This document shows positions 11,445 through 25,501 of a stretch of 32,000 bases of DNA, piece after piece. Both the position numbers and the translations under genes were made by a program. The stretch's first letter is position 1. Each line of letters begins with the position of its first letter. This DNA is from Saccharolobus solfataricus (GTDB taxonomy: Archaea; Thermoproteota; Thermoprotei_A; Sulfolobales; Sulfolobaceae): contig NZ_LT549890.1 in assembly GCF_900079115.1 (NCBI RefSeq), positions 780,001 through 812,000 of the forward strand, read 5' to 3'. Below the pieces are notes generated by a model. It saw nothing but the letters and a program-made list of their open reading frames with translations, had not been told where the DNA came from and searched no databases.

Positions 11445-13451
11445 ATGAATTTATGTAATGTAAACAACTATTACCTTATAATTGCAGAAAAATCAAAAGC
11501 TGCTAAAAAAATCGCAGAAGCTCTTTCAGAGAAGCCTATTTTGTGTAGAAAATATAACGTTAGTTATTGGATAATAAAAGATCACAATAGCAGCAAATAT
11601 GTTATAGTTCCTGCAGCAGGACATCTTTTTGGGTTAAAAGGCGAGAGCGGTTTTCCGGTATATGATGCGGACTGGAAACCTCTATGGGAAATTGATAAGA
11701 ATAGTTACTATACAAAAAGGTACTATCAACTTATCTCATCTCTTAGCAAGTATGCTTTAGGTTTTATCAATGCTTGTGATTACGATATAGAAGGTTCTGT
11801 AATCGGCTATTTAATAATCAAAAATCTAGGCGATATTAAGAAGGCTAAACGAATGAAATTTTCAGCACTGACTAAAAGTGATATATTATCTGCATTTAGA
11901 AACATTTCTGCATTAGATTACGATATGATAAACGCTGGAATAGCCAGACATAAAATTGACTGGCTATGGGGAATTAACGTTAGTAGGGCTCTTATGATCT
12001 CTCTACAAGATTTCGCAAAGAAAAGAGTGATATTAAGTGCGGGTAGGGTTCAAAGTCCAACTCTAGTTCAAGTTGTCAACTCGGAAATTGAAAGAAACCT
12101 ATTTATTCCCCTACCTAAATTTACCGTTTCAATTATCGTGAAAATTAAAGATTATTCATTAAACATTAAGGTAAATAAGGAATTCGAAAAAATTACCGAA
12201 GCAAAGGAATTCTTAAACAAACTAATAAATAAAACAGTAAAAGTTGTTGAAGTTGAAAATAGGGTTAGGTTATTAGAAAGACCCTCTCCATTTAATCTTA
12301 CTGATCTCCAAATAGAAGCTGGCAGAATATATGGTATATCCCCATATAACGTAGAACGTATAGCAGAAGATCTTTATTTGGACGGTCTAATAAGTTACCC
12401 AAGAACTAACAGTCAAAAAATTCCATCAACTATCAGCATTTATAATATAATCAAAGGCTTAGAGAACAGTTCGTATAGGAAACTAGTTGATTTAGTAAGG
12501 AAAATCACTGGGGGGAAATATGTAGTTAAGCAGGGCATTAAGGATGATCCTGCACACCCCGCAATCCACCCTACTGGTGAAGCTCCCAAAAACTTACCTA
12601 ATAGCAAATTCAAGATATATGACTTAATAGCAAGAAGATTTTTGGGGTCAGTATCTGCTGATGCTAAATTATCTAATACTATTTACACCTTGAAAGTTAG
12701 TGATTTCCCATTAGAGTTTACGGTCTCATATACAAAAATACTAGAAAGAAATTGGCTAGATATATATCACTTTCATAATGTAAAAGAAGATAAACCAATA
12801 TTTCTCTCAAAAGGTGATGAGGGTAAAATAGTAGATGGAAAAGTAAATATTAGTTTAAGCAAGCCCACTTCTAGGTATACAAAGGTTTCATTACTCAAAT
12901 GGATGGAGTCTTCTAATTTGGGTACAGAAGCCACTAGAGGAAGAATAATCGAGATCTTAGTAAAGAGAAAATATTTAACTAACAATGGGCGATACATAAT
13001 TCCTACAAAATTGGGATTCTATATTGCTGAAATATTAAACAAATTTTTCCCAGATATAGTTGATGTTAGGATGACTGCAGATATGGAAAGTAAATTAGAA
13101 ATGATAAAGACTGGCAAAGTTTTGGAAAGCAAAGTGATTAAAGAAAACATAGAAAAATTAAATAAATTCATAGAGGAATACAAGGTAAATAAGGATAAAG
13201 TAGGAGAGTCATTAGCTAAAGCGTTAGGTCTTATAAAAATTGTTAAGTGTAAGTATTGTGATCTGGAGCAGTATAAGGATGGATTATGTAAATATCACTA
13301 TGAAGCCAAAGTAAGGCTTTTAGATGCTGTGGAAATTTGGAAAGAAAGGACAAAATATGATCATAAAAAGATTTTAAAGAGAATTAGTAGTAGTAAATCA
13401 ACGGGTAAATACGTAAAAGATATAGTAACTTATATGCTAAGCAGTGAATGA
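11445..13451 (+). CDS. topA: type IA DNA topoisomerase (topoisomerase III-like)
   Basis: N-terminal Toprim region ([17 protein letters not shown] ... ACDYDIEGS). Active-site tyrosine context [11 protein letters not shown]. Also GRVQSPTL. C-terminal C-x2-C-x9-C-x2-H motif at 13248-13298. 668 aa. Confidence 0.9.
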
Positions 13452-13504
13452 TGAAAGTCATGCCAATCCGAAAAGATGAGGTAAACTCTGGGGTAACTGA
13501 GTTT

Positions 13505-14623
13505 CTATAATGCCTTAAATTTCTCTGTCCAAGCCTCATAAGCTTTTATTAATTCTGGATTAACGCTTGGCATTCTTACTTTTAATATATCCTTAAAGTC
13601 TTGGAGCGTAATTGTTCTTGGTTCACCTAAATTATTCTTAAACATTTCTTTAACGACTTTTATATGTGCAGCCTGAACTATATCCCTAATATCACTGGCG
13701 GTATATCCTTCAGTTAATTTAGCCAACTCTTCAAGGCTTACTTCAGTATCTAATTTAATCTTCGAGGTATAATATTTGAATAATGATAGTCTTTGTTCGT
13801 AATCTGGTAATGGTACATATATTCTCTTCTGGAATCTTCTTAAGAAGGCTTCGTCTAACCTCCAAGGCTTATTCGTGGCACCTATAACATATACTTTATA
13901 GTTTTCAGATTTGTCCAAAAGTCCATCCATTTCCTTTAGAAATTGGTTTCTTACTCTTGCTTCTCCTCCTACCTCCGTAGAGTAAACTCCTAGCAATGCG
14001 TCTAACTCATCTATAAATATTATTGCGGGCTTGTTTTGCTTTTTAGATTCTTCCCTAGCCATTTTGAATACGTTTGCTACATTCTTCTCTGCTTCTCCTA
14101 ACCACTTTGACATCACTGAGGCAGCATCTAATTGCATGAAAATTGAGTCTATCTCGTTTGCTACAGCTGCAGCTATCATAGTTTTACCACAACCGGGAGG
14201 ACCATACAATAAGATTCCTCTTGGCCAGCCTAATGGGAATAGGTCTGGTCTCTTAGTTGGATATATTATTGCTTCTCTTAATGCCTCTTTTACATCATCT
14301 AAACCCACTATGTCCTTAAATGAGACCTTTGGCTTCTCTGTAATTACTACTTCCTCTGGCGGACTTGTATTGTCTCCACTACCATCACTAGATGCTGGCA
14401 AGACCTTTTCCAAGTAACTTATTCTTTTCTTATATTCATTAATCATCTGCTCATACGCAGTTCTTGCCACTGATTCTGGATAGAGGACTATGATTTGACT
14501 TAAAACTTCTATAGCCTTCTTATAATACGTTATTGCATCCTCTACCTTACCCTCCTTATCAGCCTTTACTGCAAGAATAGCATATTTTCTAGCCATATCT
14601 TCTAACATTACTTGTGCACTCAT
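13505..14623 (-). CDS. cdvC: Vps4-type AAA+ ATPase of the Cdv cell-division system
   Basis: N-terminal MIT-like helical region. Walker A GPPGCGKT (nt 14180-14203), Walker B IIFIDELD and an SRH ([16 protein letters not shown]). C-terminal Vps4-type helix. Confidence 0.93.
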   Translation of the reverse strand: MSAQVMLEDMARKYAILAVKADKEGKVEDAITYYKKAIEVLSQIIVLYPESVARTAYEQMINEYKKRISYLEKVLPASSDGSGDNTSPPEEVVITEKPKVSFKDIVGLDDVKEALREAIIYPTKRPDLFPLGWPRGILLYGPPGCGKTMIAAAVANEIDSIFMQLDAASVMSKWLGEAEKNVANVFKMAREESKKQNKPAIIFIDELDALLGVYSTEVGGEARVRNQFLKEMDGLLDKSENYKVYVIGATNKPWRLDEAFLRRFQKRIYVPLPDYEQRLSLFKYYTSKIKLDTEVSLEELAKLTEGYTASDIRDIVQAAHIKVVKEMFKNNLGEPRTITLQDFKDILKVRMPSVNPELIKAYEAWTEKFKAL

Positions 14624-14638
14624 CTATGTACCCTCTTA

Positions 14639-15424
<786 letters not shown>

Positions 15425-15436
15425 TCACTAATTTAG

Positions 15437-16234
<798 letters not shown>

Positions 16235-16330
16235 CTAATAGGAGCTTTTAACCTTCATCATTAGCAGGAAATATTATGTGACCAAGCTTAAAAAGCATAG
16301 TGAACATTAATTAATATTTCGAGTAGAGTT

Positions 16331-16582
16331 ATGTCAATTCAAGCTCTTAGTAATGTATCTTCGCAGTTTTCTCATCTACTGAGCAACATAAACATAGAAC
16401 CAATAAGCTATATATTAGTTATTATAGGCTTTGCTCTTTTGTTAATTATTATAATAGGTAGTGTAATTTACGGCTTAACGAAGGCAGCTAGAGCTGTTCC
16501 ATCAATGTCAACGAAGGAGTTCATATTGTTCTTACTGGGGATAGCAATTTTCCTCGTGATCTTAGGCATATTATTACCTTAA
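16331..16582 (+). CDS. small membrane protein (two predicted TM helices)
   Basis: 83 aa with two long hydrophobic stretches ([25 protein letters not shown] and [19 protein letters not shown]). Divergent from cdvA. Its stop overlaps the enolase stop (TTAA). Confidence 0.55.
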   Translation: MSIQALSNVSSQFSHLLSNINIEPISYILVIIGFALLLIIIIGSVIYGLTKAARAVPSMSTKEFILFLLGIAIFLVILGILLP

Positions 16583-17838
16583 AGATAAAAATATTTTCCT
16601 TCGTATTCTAATCCAAATTTATTTTCTATTTCTAATAGCTTATTATATTTGCTAGTTCTCTCTCCTCTCGCCGGTGCACCAACCTTTATGAAATCTGACT
16701 CAATTCCCACCGCAAAGTCTGCTATGAAATTGTCCTCAGTCTCTCCACTTCTATGACTTGTTATTAACTTCATTGAGTTTCTCCTAGCCAAATTAGTAAA
16801 TTCAAACGTCTCAGATATTGTACCGACTTGATTAGGCTTAACTATAACACCCTTAGTCGATCTCTTTTCTATACCTATTTTTAGATATTTTATATTTGTA
16901 GTATATAGGTCATCTCCAGTAATTATTGTTGAACTCAGCTTATTTTGTAGTTGGCTAAACATATCAAAAGAGTTCTCTTCAAACGGATCTTCCAAGTACA
17001 CTATGGGATATTGTTTAACTAAGTCAAGATAAAATTCAAGTAATTGATTAGGATCCAATTCTCTACCATCAATTATATATTTCTCTTTTTTACTATCGTA
17101 GAAATCGCTCCCTGCAGCATCCATTCCCATATATATTTTTCCTTCATAACCTGCATTATTTATGGAAGTATATATTAGATCCAAGGCCTCTCTAGTATCT
17201 TCTAAAGGTGGAGAGAATCCCCCTTCATCTCCAACTGCTGTGTAAATTTTACCATACCTCTCCGTTATTAACCCTTTTAGGGTTCTATAAACGTCTATCG
17301 CAGCGAAAAGAGCTTCTTTAAAAGTATTGAACTTAATTGGCACTATAATGAATTCTTGTATTTTTAGCTTATTTCCAGCATGTAAACCGCCATTTATTAT
17401 ATTAAGTAAAGGTATTGGGATTTTAGGTAATCTAGGCCCAGATATGTATTTAAAAACCTCTAGACCTAAGGCCTTAGAAGCAGTCTTTAATGCAGCTATT
17501 GATGTTGCAATTATTGTGTTTCCTCCTAATTTAGACTTATTCTCAGTGGAGTCTATATCTTTTAGTAATTTGTCGATTATCCCTTGTTCTCTTACATCAA
17601 TTCCATGTAATGCAGGATCTATTATGTAATTTACAATGTCTACTGCCCTCTTTACTGTAAGCCCATTTTCATCCCTAACTTCTACCGCCTCTCTTGTCCC
17701 TTTAGAAGCCCCTGCTGGTGCGTCTCCAAAGGATTCGACACCATCACTAGTTCTTATGAAAACTCTTATAGTGGGATTACCTCTAGAATCTACGATTTCT
17801 AATCCCTTAACCTTCTCTATGGAAAAACGGTTAATCAT
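16579..17838 (-). CDS. eno: enolase (phosphopyruvate hydratase)
   Basis: 419 aa with SRGNPT near the N-terminus, GDDL, IKPNQVGT and SHRSGETED signature motifs. Confidence 0.95.
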
Positions 17839-17868
17839 ATTTACTGTTGATGAACTACCAATAATTAA

Positions 17869-18177
17869 ATGTTAGCCCCTAGTATGGCCTCAATAGTATT
17901 TTTAGCATATGGTTTACTTTCTCCTATTTACTCTAGATTTTTCAAAGATAAGATAAGTAATGAAAGGCTATTTCTAGTTGCATGGTCTTTGGCTCCTCAT
18001 CTGGTGGGTTTAATATACTCACCTTCTTTTTTTATTGCACTATTAGTCTTGATATCTTTATGCGTTACTTTATTTATTGTTTATAAAGGGAAGTTTAGAA
18101 TTATATACTCAGGAATTATATTCTTATTTATGGCAGTAATTATACAGATATTTATTAATCCTTTAACGAGATTATAG
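17869..18177 (+). CDS. small membrane protein, hypothetical
   Basis: 102 aa with ~3 hydrophobic helices. Only 30 nt separate it from the divergent enolase start. The in-frame ATG at 17884 may be the real start. Confidence 0.5.
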   Translation: MLAPSMASIVFLAYGLLSPIYSRFFKDKISNERLFLVAWSLAPHLVGLIYSPSFFIALLVLISLCVTLFIVYKGKFRIIYSGIIFLFMAVIIQIFINPLTRL

Positions 18178-18182
18178 AACTG

Positions 18183-18512
18183 ATGCCAAAAAAGAAACAA
18201 ATTGATCCATACGTTTGTCCAAATTGTGGGACAAAGGCAGAGAAAGCACAGAAAACATGGCAGCTAGTTTCACCTCTTCCAGATTCTTACGGCAGAATTA
18301 CAATAACAGTTATGGGTTCTTTTGTTTGTCCGAATTGCGGTCATAAATGGAAATCTGTGGTATCTAAGATAAAGGCGGGAGGTTCCTCGGTAGAGATTGA
18401 AGGTAAGAAGGGCGTTAAGAAAATAGAATCTAAGGACTCTGAGGAAAAAGCTAATGAAGGGGAGGTTATAGAATTAGACTTAAGTGATTTAGATGAAGAT
18501 GAAGAAGAGTGA
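18183..18512 (+). CDS. zinc-ribbon protein with acidic C-terminal tail
   Basis: Two CPNCG motifs (CPNCGTK...CPNCGHKW) form a 4-Cys ribbon. The tail is EVIELDLSDLDEDEEE. The last 20 nt overlap the next gene. Confidence 0.6.
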   Translation: MPKKKQIDPYVCPNCGTKAEKAQKTWQLVSPLPDSYGRITITVMGSFVCPNCGHKWKSVVSKIKAGGSSVEIEGKKGVKKIESKDSEEKANEGEVIELDLSDLDEDEEE

Positions 18513-18910
18513 TATAATCATTATCTTATTTATTGCATTAATTTACATTCTAATGTTTTCTAACATTGTGCAAAGTGCGAGTGTAGAAGGAGTTTCAATG
18601 TATCCAATATTTCAAAACGGTGCGCTGACTTTTTACGTTAAGCCAATATCCATTAATGAAGGTAACGTGATAATATATAAATCTCCGTATTTCAACAATT
18701 ACGTAATTCATAGAGTTATAGCTACAGATAACGGTTATTACATTACTCAAGGAGTAGATAAAATAACTAACCCAATACCAGATAATAGGATCGGACTAGA
18801 GCCAGCTAGTGGGATCCCAAAAAATTTAGTTGTGGGGAAGATAGTAGAGTTTGGTAACTTTACATTTTCAATACCTTATCTTGGTTACATATCTATACTT
18901 TTCTCATCTA

Positions 18911-18918
<8 letters not shown>
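18493..18918 (+). CDS. type I signal peptidase (archaeal Sec11/S26B-like)
   Basis: N-terminal TM anchor. Catalytic Ser context EGVSMYPIF and His context YVIHRVIA. 141 aa. Confidence 0.7.
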
Positions 18919-20420
<1,502 letters not shown>

Positions 20421-20437
<17 letters not shown>

Positions 20438-21788
20438 TTTTTATCGCCTCTTGTATCGTTGATACTAATAGATCTATTGACTTTTTATCATGAACCTCTG
20501 TTACACAAAAGAGAGATGTATGAATAGACAATTTTAATCCACCTTGTAGTTTTCTTTCTTTCAATTTGTCATTTATTATATTATATTCTATAGGGAATTT
20601 AATTACAAATTCTTCGAAAAAGTCTGAAGTAAATGGCATAATTACGTTATCTATTTCAGTTAGCCTTTTAGCAGCATAGTGACTTCTGAAGTAAATCTCC
20701 TCTGCAAGTTCTCTTATTCCCTCTTTTCCTAATAAGCTTAAATAGACAGCATTAGCTAACGCTAACAAGGCTTCATTTGTAGTTATATTAGAGGTTGCCT
20801 TTTCCCTCTTGATGAATTGTTCTCTAGTTTGAAGAATCAGCGTAAATCCCATATTGTTATTTACGTCTCTTGTAATTCCCACTATCCTACCTGGCATTTG
20901 CCTTACCAATCCCATATCCCATCTTACTGCAAATATCCCCATTAAAGGTCCTCCAAAATTTAACGGAAGTCCTAGTTCTTGACCATCACCTACAACTATG
21001 TCAGCTTCATAGCTTCCCGGTGGTTTTATTAGACCAAGTGAAAGCGGATTAACTCCAATAATACTTAAAGCTTTTTTATGCTTAGCAACGTCAATAATAT
21101 GTTCAATGTTACTTTCAAAAATCCCAAAGAAATTTGGTTGTTGTACATATATTGCAGATACATCATTACTACTAGATTTCTTCTCCAGATCCTCTATATC
21201 AACTTCGCCGGAATTCTTATCATACTTAACTTCCTCTATTTTTATTCCCTTTCCTTGTATCCATGTTCTCATTACTTCTTTATGAAATGGGTTAGCATTT
21301 TCAGGTACTAGGACAGTCTTTTTTCCATTTATTCTATTAGCCATTAATACGGCCTCAGCTAGTGCAGAACCCCAATCATACATTGAAGCGTTGACTACAT
21401 CCATCTCTAGTAGTTCAGCCATTAAACTTTGATATTCAAACAATGCTTGTAATATGCCTTGAGAAATTTCTGGCTGATACGGAGTATAGGATGTATAAAA
21501 TTCTGATCTGCCTATGATAAATTTTACGGCATTAGGGATGTAATGGGGGCAAATACCAGCCCCAATGAAAGGTGGTGCTTCAAGTTCTACGTTCTTCTTC
21601 ACTTTTTCATAAATTTCTTTTTCAATTTCATATTCTGATAGTGGTTTGTCTTTTGCTACTTTTAATAATCTATTTATTTTGATTTCAGCCGGTATATCAT
21701 TGAATAAGTCGTCAAGGGAGTTTACTCCTATCTCTTTCAACATCTCATCTGTTAGGTCTAGGTTTGGAAGCCAAGGATGCTTATACAT
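20421..21788 (-). CDS. gcvPA: glycine dehydrogenase (decarboxylating) subunit 1 (P-protein alpha)
   Basis: 455 aa. YTPYQPEISQG motif characteristic of the P-protein N-terminal half. Confidence 0.93.
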
Positions 21789-21822
21789 AAGCCTTAATAC
21801 AACTTTAATGCATTTTTAATAT
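21789..21822. promoter_or_regulatory. 34-bp divergent gcvPA / gcvT intergenic region with interleaved TATA-like elements
   Basis: The whole spacer is AAGCCTTAATACAACTTTAATGCATTTTTAATAT. TTAATA (21794-21799) lies ~27 nt upstream of the gcvT ATG. TTAAAAA (minus strand, ~21812-21818) lies ~27 nt upstream of the gcvPA ATG. Confidence 0.4.
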
Positions 21823-22863
21823 ATGTTTGTTTCACCTTTTCATGACGTTGAGGAAAAGTTGGGAGCAAATTTTGGAGAGTTTGCTGGTTGGGAAATGCCA
21901 ATGAGCTTCACCAGTTATGCAGAAGAGCATATGTGTGTGAGAAATTCAGTAGCGTTTTTTAACTTATCTCATATGGGCAGACTAAGGGTTAAAGGCAATC
22001 CAAGGGAGTTTGAGATGTTAGTAGCTAAGGAAGTTAATAAGGCGAATTCTGGAATTATGATAGGACCTACTGCATTTTTGAATGATAAAGCTGGTTTTAA
22101 AGATGATGTCATGGTTTATAAAGTATCTGAGAATGAATGGTTAATTGTAACAAATGCAATAAATAGAGAAAAAATTGTAAATTGGATAAAATCAAATTCA
22201 AATTTGGATGTGGAAGATCTAACATTCAAATATGGTATGATTGCCATACAAGGTAGGAAATTAGAGGAGATTTTGGGTAAAAATGAATTAAAGCAATTAG
22301 AATTTAAGCTTAATACTAGATTTATGGGATATGACGTTTTTTTAATAAGTAGATCTGGCTGGACAGGCGAAAATGGGTTAGAAGTTTGGGTTACATTAGA
22401 TGTTGGTAGACAACTAATGATGGATTTAGTGAAAATCGGAATAAAGCCTGCCGGTTTGATTGCAAGAGATAGTTTAAGGCAAGAGATGGGCTTTGTCCTT
22501 TACGGGGAGGATATTGATGAGACCATTACTCCAGTTGAGGCCAGATATTGGGTTTTCTCGTTAGAAAAGGATTTTATAGGAAAGGATAGTTTAGTTGAAC
22601 GTATAAGGAGTGGTATTGATAAAGTTAGGATAGGCTTTAAGATGAGAAAAGGTGAGAGAACTATACCTAGGCATCAATCTAAAATATACTCAATTGGAAA
22701 TGAAGTAGGTTATGTGACGAGTAGTACTTTTTCCCCTTACTTAAATAGAGTTATAGGTATGGGTTATGTAAACCCCAAGTACTTCTACCTCGGCTATAGT
22801 TTAACTGGCGAAATTAGGGGTAAACAGTATGATATAAAAATCGATGAGTTTCCATTTATCTAG
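21823..22863 (+). CDS. gcvT: aminomethyltransferase (glycine cleavage T protein)
   Basis: 346 aa. GcvT-like N-terminus ([10 protein letters not shown]) and [12 protein letters not shown] motif. Followed by gcvH. Confidence 0.9.
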   Translation: MFVSPFHDVEEKLGANFGEFAGWEMPMSFTSYAEEHMCVRNSVAFFNLSHMGRLRVKGNPREFEMLVAKEVNKANSGIMIGPTAFLNDKAGFKDDVMVYKVSENEWLIVTNAINREKIVNWIKSNSNLDVEDLTFKYGMIAIQGRKLEEILGKNELKQLEFKLNTRFMGYDVFLISRSGWTGENGLEVWVTLDVGRQLMMDLVKIGIKPAGLIARDSLRQEMGFVLYGEDIDETITPVEARYWVFSLEKDFIGKDSLVERIRSGIDKVRIGFKMRKGERTIPRHQSKIYSIGNEVGYVTSSTFSPYLNRVIGMGYVNPKYFYLGYSLTGEIRGKQYDIKIDEFPFI

Positions 22864-22874
22864 GTGAATATTAT

Positions 22875-23288
22875 ATGAATGAAATGAAAGTAGGTAGATA
22901 CGTAGTTCTGACAGATAGATTATACACAGAGACTGACGAATGGGTGGTGCTTTCTAATGATAACGTGGCAGTAATTGGAATAACTGATTACGCACAAAAG
23001 AAGTTAAGAGATATAGTAGGAATTGAATTACCTCAACTGCAGAAGGAAGTGAAAGCTGGAGAATCTGTAGGAGTTATAGAATCTGTTAAAGCTGCTGCAG
23101 ATATTTTCTCTCCATTAAGTGGGATAATAGTTGAGGTAAACAATAAATTACTTGAGCATCCAGAGATAATAAATAAGGATCCGTATGGTGAAGGCTGGAT
23201 TTTCAAGTTAAAGGCGTCTAAGTTATCTGAAGAAAAAGAAAAACTACTTAGCCCGGAAAAGTATATTGAAAAAATAAAGGGTGGGTAG
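22875..23288 (+). CDS. gcvH: glycine cleavage H protein (lipoyl carrier)
   Basis: 137 aa. Lipoyl-lysine context [18 protein letters not shown] and C-terminal PYGEGWIFK. Confidence 0.93.
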   Translation: MNEMKVGRYVVLTDRLYTETDEWVVLSNDNVAVIGITDYAQKKLRDIVGIELPQLQKEVKAGESVGVIESVKAAADIFSPLSGIIVEVNNKLLEHPEIINKDPYGEGWIFKLKASKLSEEKEKLLSPEKYIEKIKGG

Positions 23289-24036
23289 ATTGAGCGAGGT
23301 ATTTGAAGTTAGGGAAAGATATGTTCCCCAGATAGGTAGACCCTCATATTTATTAGTGAGCTTACCAGATGCCGGATTAGTAGGTAGTATATCTGGAGAA
23401 TTTCTGATTAATTACTTAAATTTGAGAGAGTATGGAGAAATTTATTCAAATAAACATTTGCCTCCCATTTCTCATGTAGTTAACGGAGTAGCTAAGTCAC
23501 CTATACGTTTATATCACTATGATAATTTCCTTTTACTTCACTCTTGGATCGCAATTCCAGCAAATAGTATAAACCATTTAGCAAATTTAGTTGTTAGTTA
23601 TGCCGAAAAATATGGCATACAGACAATAATATCTATAACTGGAGTTCCAGTGCCTAATAGATTAGATCTGGAAAAACCAACTCCCTATTGGGTGGCAAGT
23701 TCTGAGGATTTTGCTAAAGAATTAGATAGTTTGAATTTAATGAAGAAATTTGTAGAGGGTTACGTAAGCGGACCATATGCTCCTATTTTGTTCCAATCCG
23801 CTAAAAAACTAATTAGAAACTTGCTTATAGTAGTTGAATCATTCCTAGACTTACCTGATCCGGAAGCCGCTGCAGTAGCCTTAGACATATTATCTAAGAT
23901 GTTAGGATTTAAAGTGGACACTTCCTCCTTACTTAAAGAAGCCGAGGAAATTAGGGAGAGAATAAAAGGTTTAATGCAACAGACAAGGCAAGAACTACCA
24001 AACTATTCTGGATTGCGTCCATCTACATATGCGTGA
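23281..24036 (+). CDS. PAC2-family protein (proteasome assembly chaperone-like)
   Basis: 251 aa. PAC2-like N-terminus [20 protein letters not shown]. The C-terminus ends ...PSTYA with a penultimate Tyr (HbYX-like). GTG start overlaps the gcvH stop by 8 nt; an alternative TTG lies at 23290. Confidence 0.6.
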   Translation: MGRLSEVFEVRERYVPQIGRPSYLLVSLPDAGLVGSISGEFLINYLNLREYGEIYSNKHLPPISHVVNGVAKSPIRLYHYDNFLLLHSWIAIPANSINHLANLVVSYAEKYGIQTIISITGVPVPNRLDLEKPTPYWVASSEDFAKELDSLNLMKKFVEGYVSGPYAPILFQSAKKLIRNLLIVVESFLDLPDPEAAAVALDILSKMLGFKVDTSSLLKEAEEIRERIKGLMQQTRQELPNYSGLRPSTYA

Positions 24037-24042
24037 CCTCCA

Positions 24043-24411
24043 ATGCCAGCATACAAAGACTTATATGACATGGTAAAGTCGATGATAGAAAAGGAAATAA
24101 ATAGAATGGAGAAAGAGTTTCGGAGGATAGAGAGTGAAATTAAAGAGGAAATTGAAAAATATAATGTTCCCTTGTATACTTTTTATGAATCTGAGGATTT
24201 CTATTACTACTTGATCGATGTTCCTAATGTAGATACATCTACATTATATGTGAAAGTGAAAAACGACAGTCTGAGAATCAGTTGTAAAGATAAGAGTAAT
24301 AAGGAATATGTTCTAAATATAAAGGTACCAGAAGACGCTGATATTGATAGTTTATCTGTTACAAGAGTAAAATGGTTAGTTAAAATAACTGTAAAACGAA
24401 GAAAAGATTAA
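24043..24411 (+). CDS. small protein, possible Hsp20/alpha-crystallin (CS-like beta-sandwich) domain
   Basis: 122 aa. The pattern YYLIDVPNVDTSTLYVKVKNDSLRISCK...LNIKVPEDADIDSLSVTRVKWLVKITV resembles an ACD/p23 beta-sandwich. The functional call is tentative. Confidence 0.5.
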   Translation: MPAYKDLYDMVKSMIEKEINRMEKEFRRIESEIKEEIEKYNVPLYTFYESEDFYYYLIDVPNVDTSTLYVKVKNDSLRISCKDKSNKEYVLNIKVPEDADIDSLSVTRVKWLVKITVKRRKD

Positions 24412-24483
24412 GTATTAGCTTTTCTAAGAGTTTGAAAGACTTTTATAAACACTGTTTAAGAAAATAATATAGAGGGACTATTT

Positions 24484-25485
24484 TTGAGTGAGGAAAAAAT
24501 AGCAAGGGATATAGAGACTAGAAAAGTCCAGAAACTAGGTTCTTCATCATTATTTATCACACTCCCGAAAAAATGGATAAATAAATGGAGCATAAAGCCA
24601 GGCGATAAGGTAATTCTTGAGGCCTTAGATGACGGTAGCTTAAGGTTAATAGCAGAAAAGGCTAAGACTAATGCGGGGAGGAAGACAATATTAGTCGATG
24701 TAGACTCACTAAAACAACCACTAATTAATATAATCCCTTGTCTATATATTTTGGGATTCGATGAAATAGTTTTCGAAACTAAGAAAGATTTCAATAAAAA
24801 AGATTTCGAAGAAGTTCTCTACATCTCTAAACATCTAGTTGGAGCGGAGGTTGTTGAGAGTTCAGAGAAAAAAATCAAATTGGAGTGCTTACTAGATACA
24901 GAGAAAGTCGGAGTTGAATCCTTACTGAGACGTATATTAAATATCATTTCAAAGAGAATTGATGAATTATCTAAGTTTTTAACTAATTCTCATACAATTC
25001 ATCAAAGTGGTATATCTAATAGTGATGATTTAAGGAAAATATATCTGATGTTACTTAGGAGAATAATAGGAAATAAGTATCAGTCCAGTAGTACGGAATA
25101 TTATAGAAATTCGCTTATTTTACTTAATATATCTATTTTGATAAATATAGATTATATAGTATCAAAAATTTATCAGATTAAAGACAACTTTGAGGTTAGT
25201 CCGAGCCAGACGGATATGTTAAAATCGATCTTCACTAGCATAAATGATGTATTGGATGAAATCGTGATGAGCGCTCTATTCCCTAGTGTAAAAAGAATAT
25301 CAAATGGATTCAATCTAATATTGCAAATAAAGCAAAATTTATTGAAAATTAAGGATTCTTTGCCTAACTCATTTAATTTGTATTTAGAAGATTTAGTAAA
25401 TCTATTAGAAAATGCTCTAAATAATTCCATGTGTGGAATTTTCTTAGAGGACTTACCTTGGATAGAAAAAGATTTAACAGCATAA
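24484..25485 (+). CDS. AbrB/SpoVT-domain plus PhoU-like-domain transcriptional regulator
   Basis: N-terminal swapped-hairpin motif VQKLGSSSLFITLPKKWINKWSIKPGDKVILE. The remainder is helical and PhoU-like. TTG start, with TTTTATAAA ~35 nt upstream. Lies immediately upstream of sufC. Confidence 0.7.
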   Translation: MSEEKIARDIETRKVQKLGSSSLFITLPKKWINKWSIKPGDKVILEALDDGSLRLIAEKAKTNAGRKTILVDVDSLKQPLINIIPCLYILGFDEIVFETKKDFNKKDFEEVLYISKHLVGAEVVESSEKKIKLECLLDTEKVGVESLLRRILNIISKRIDELSKFLTNSHTIHQSGISNSDDLRKIYLMLLRRIIGNKYQSSSTEYYRNSLILLNISILINIDYIVSKIYQIKDNFEVSPSQTDMLKSIFTSINDVLDEIVMSALFPSVKRISNGFNLILQIKQNLLKIKDSLPNSFNLYLEDLVNLLENALNNSMCGIFLEDLPWIEKDLTA

Positions 25486-25501
25486 AAGGAGAGGATAGAG
25501 T

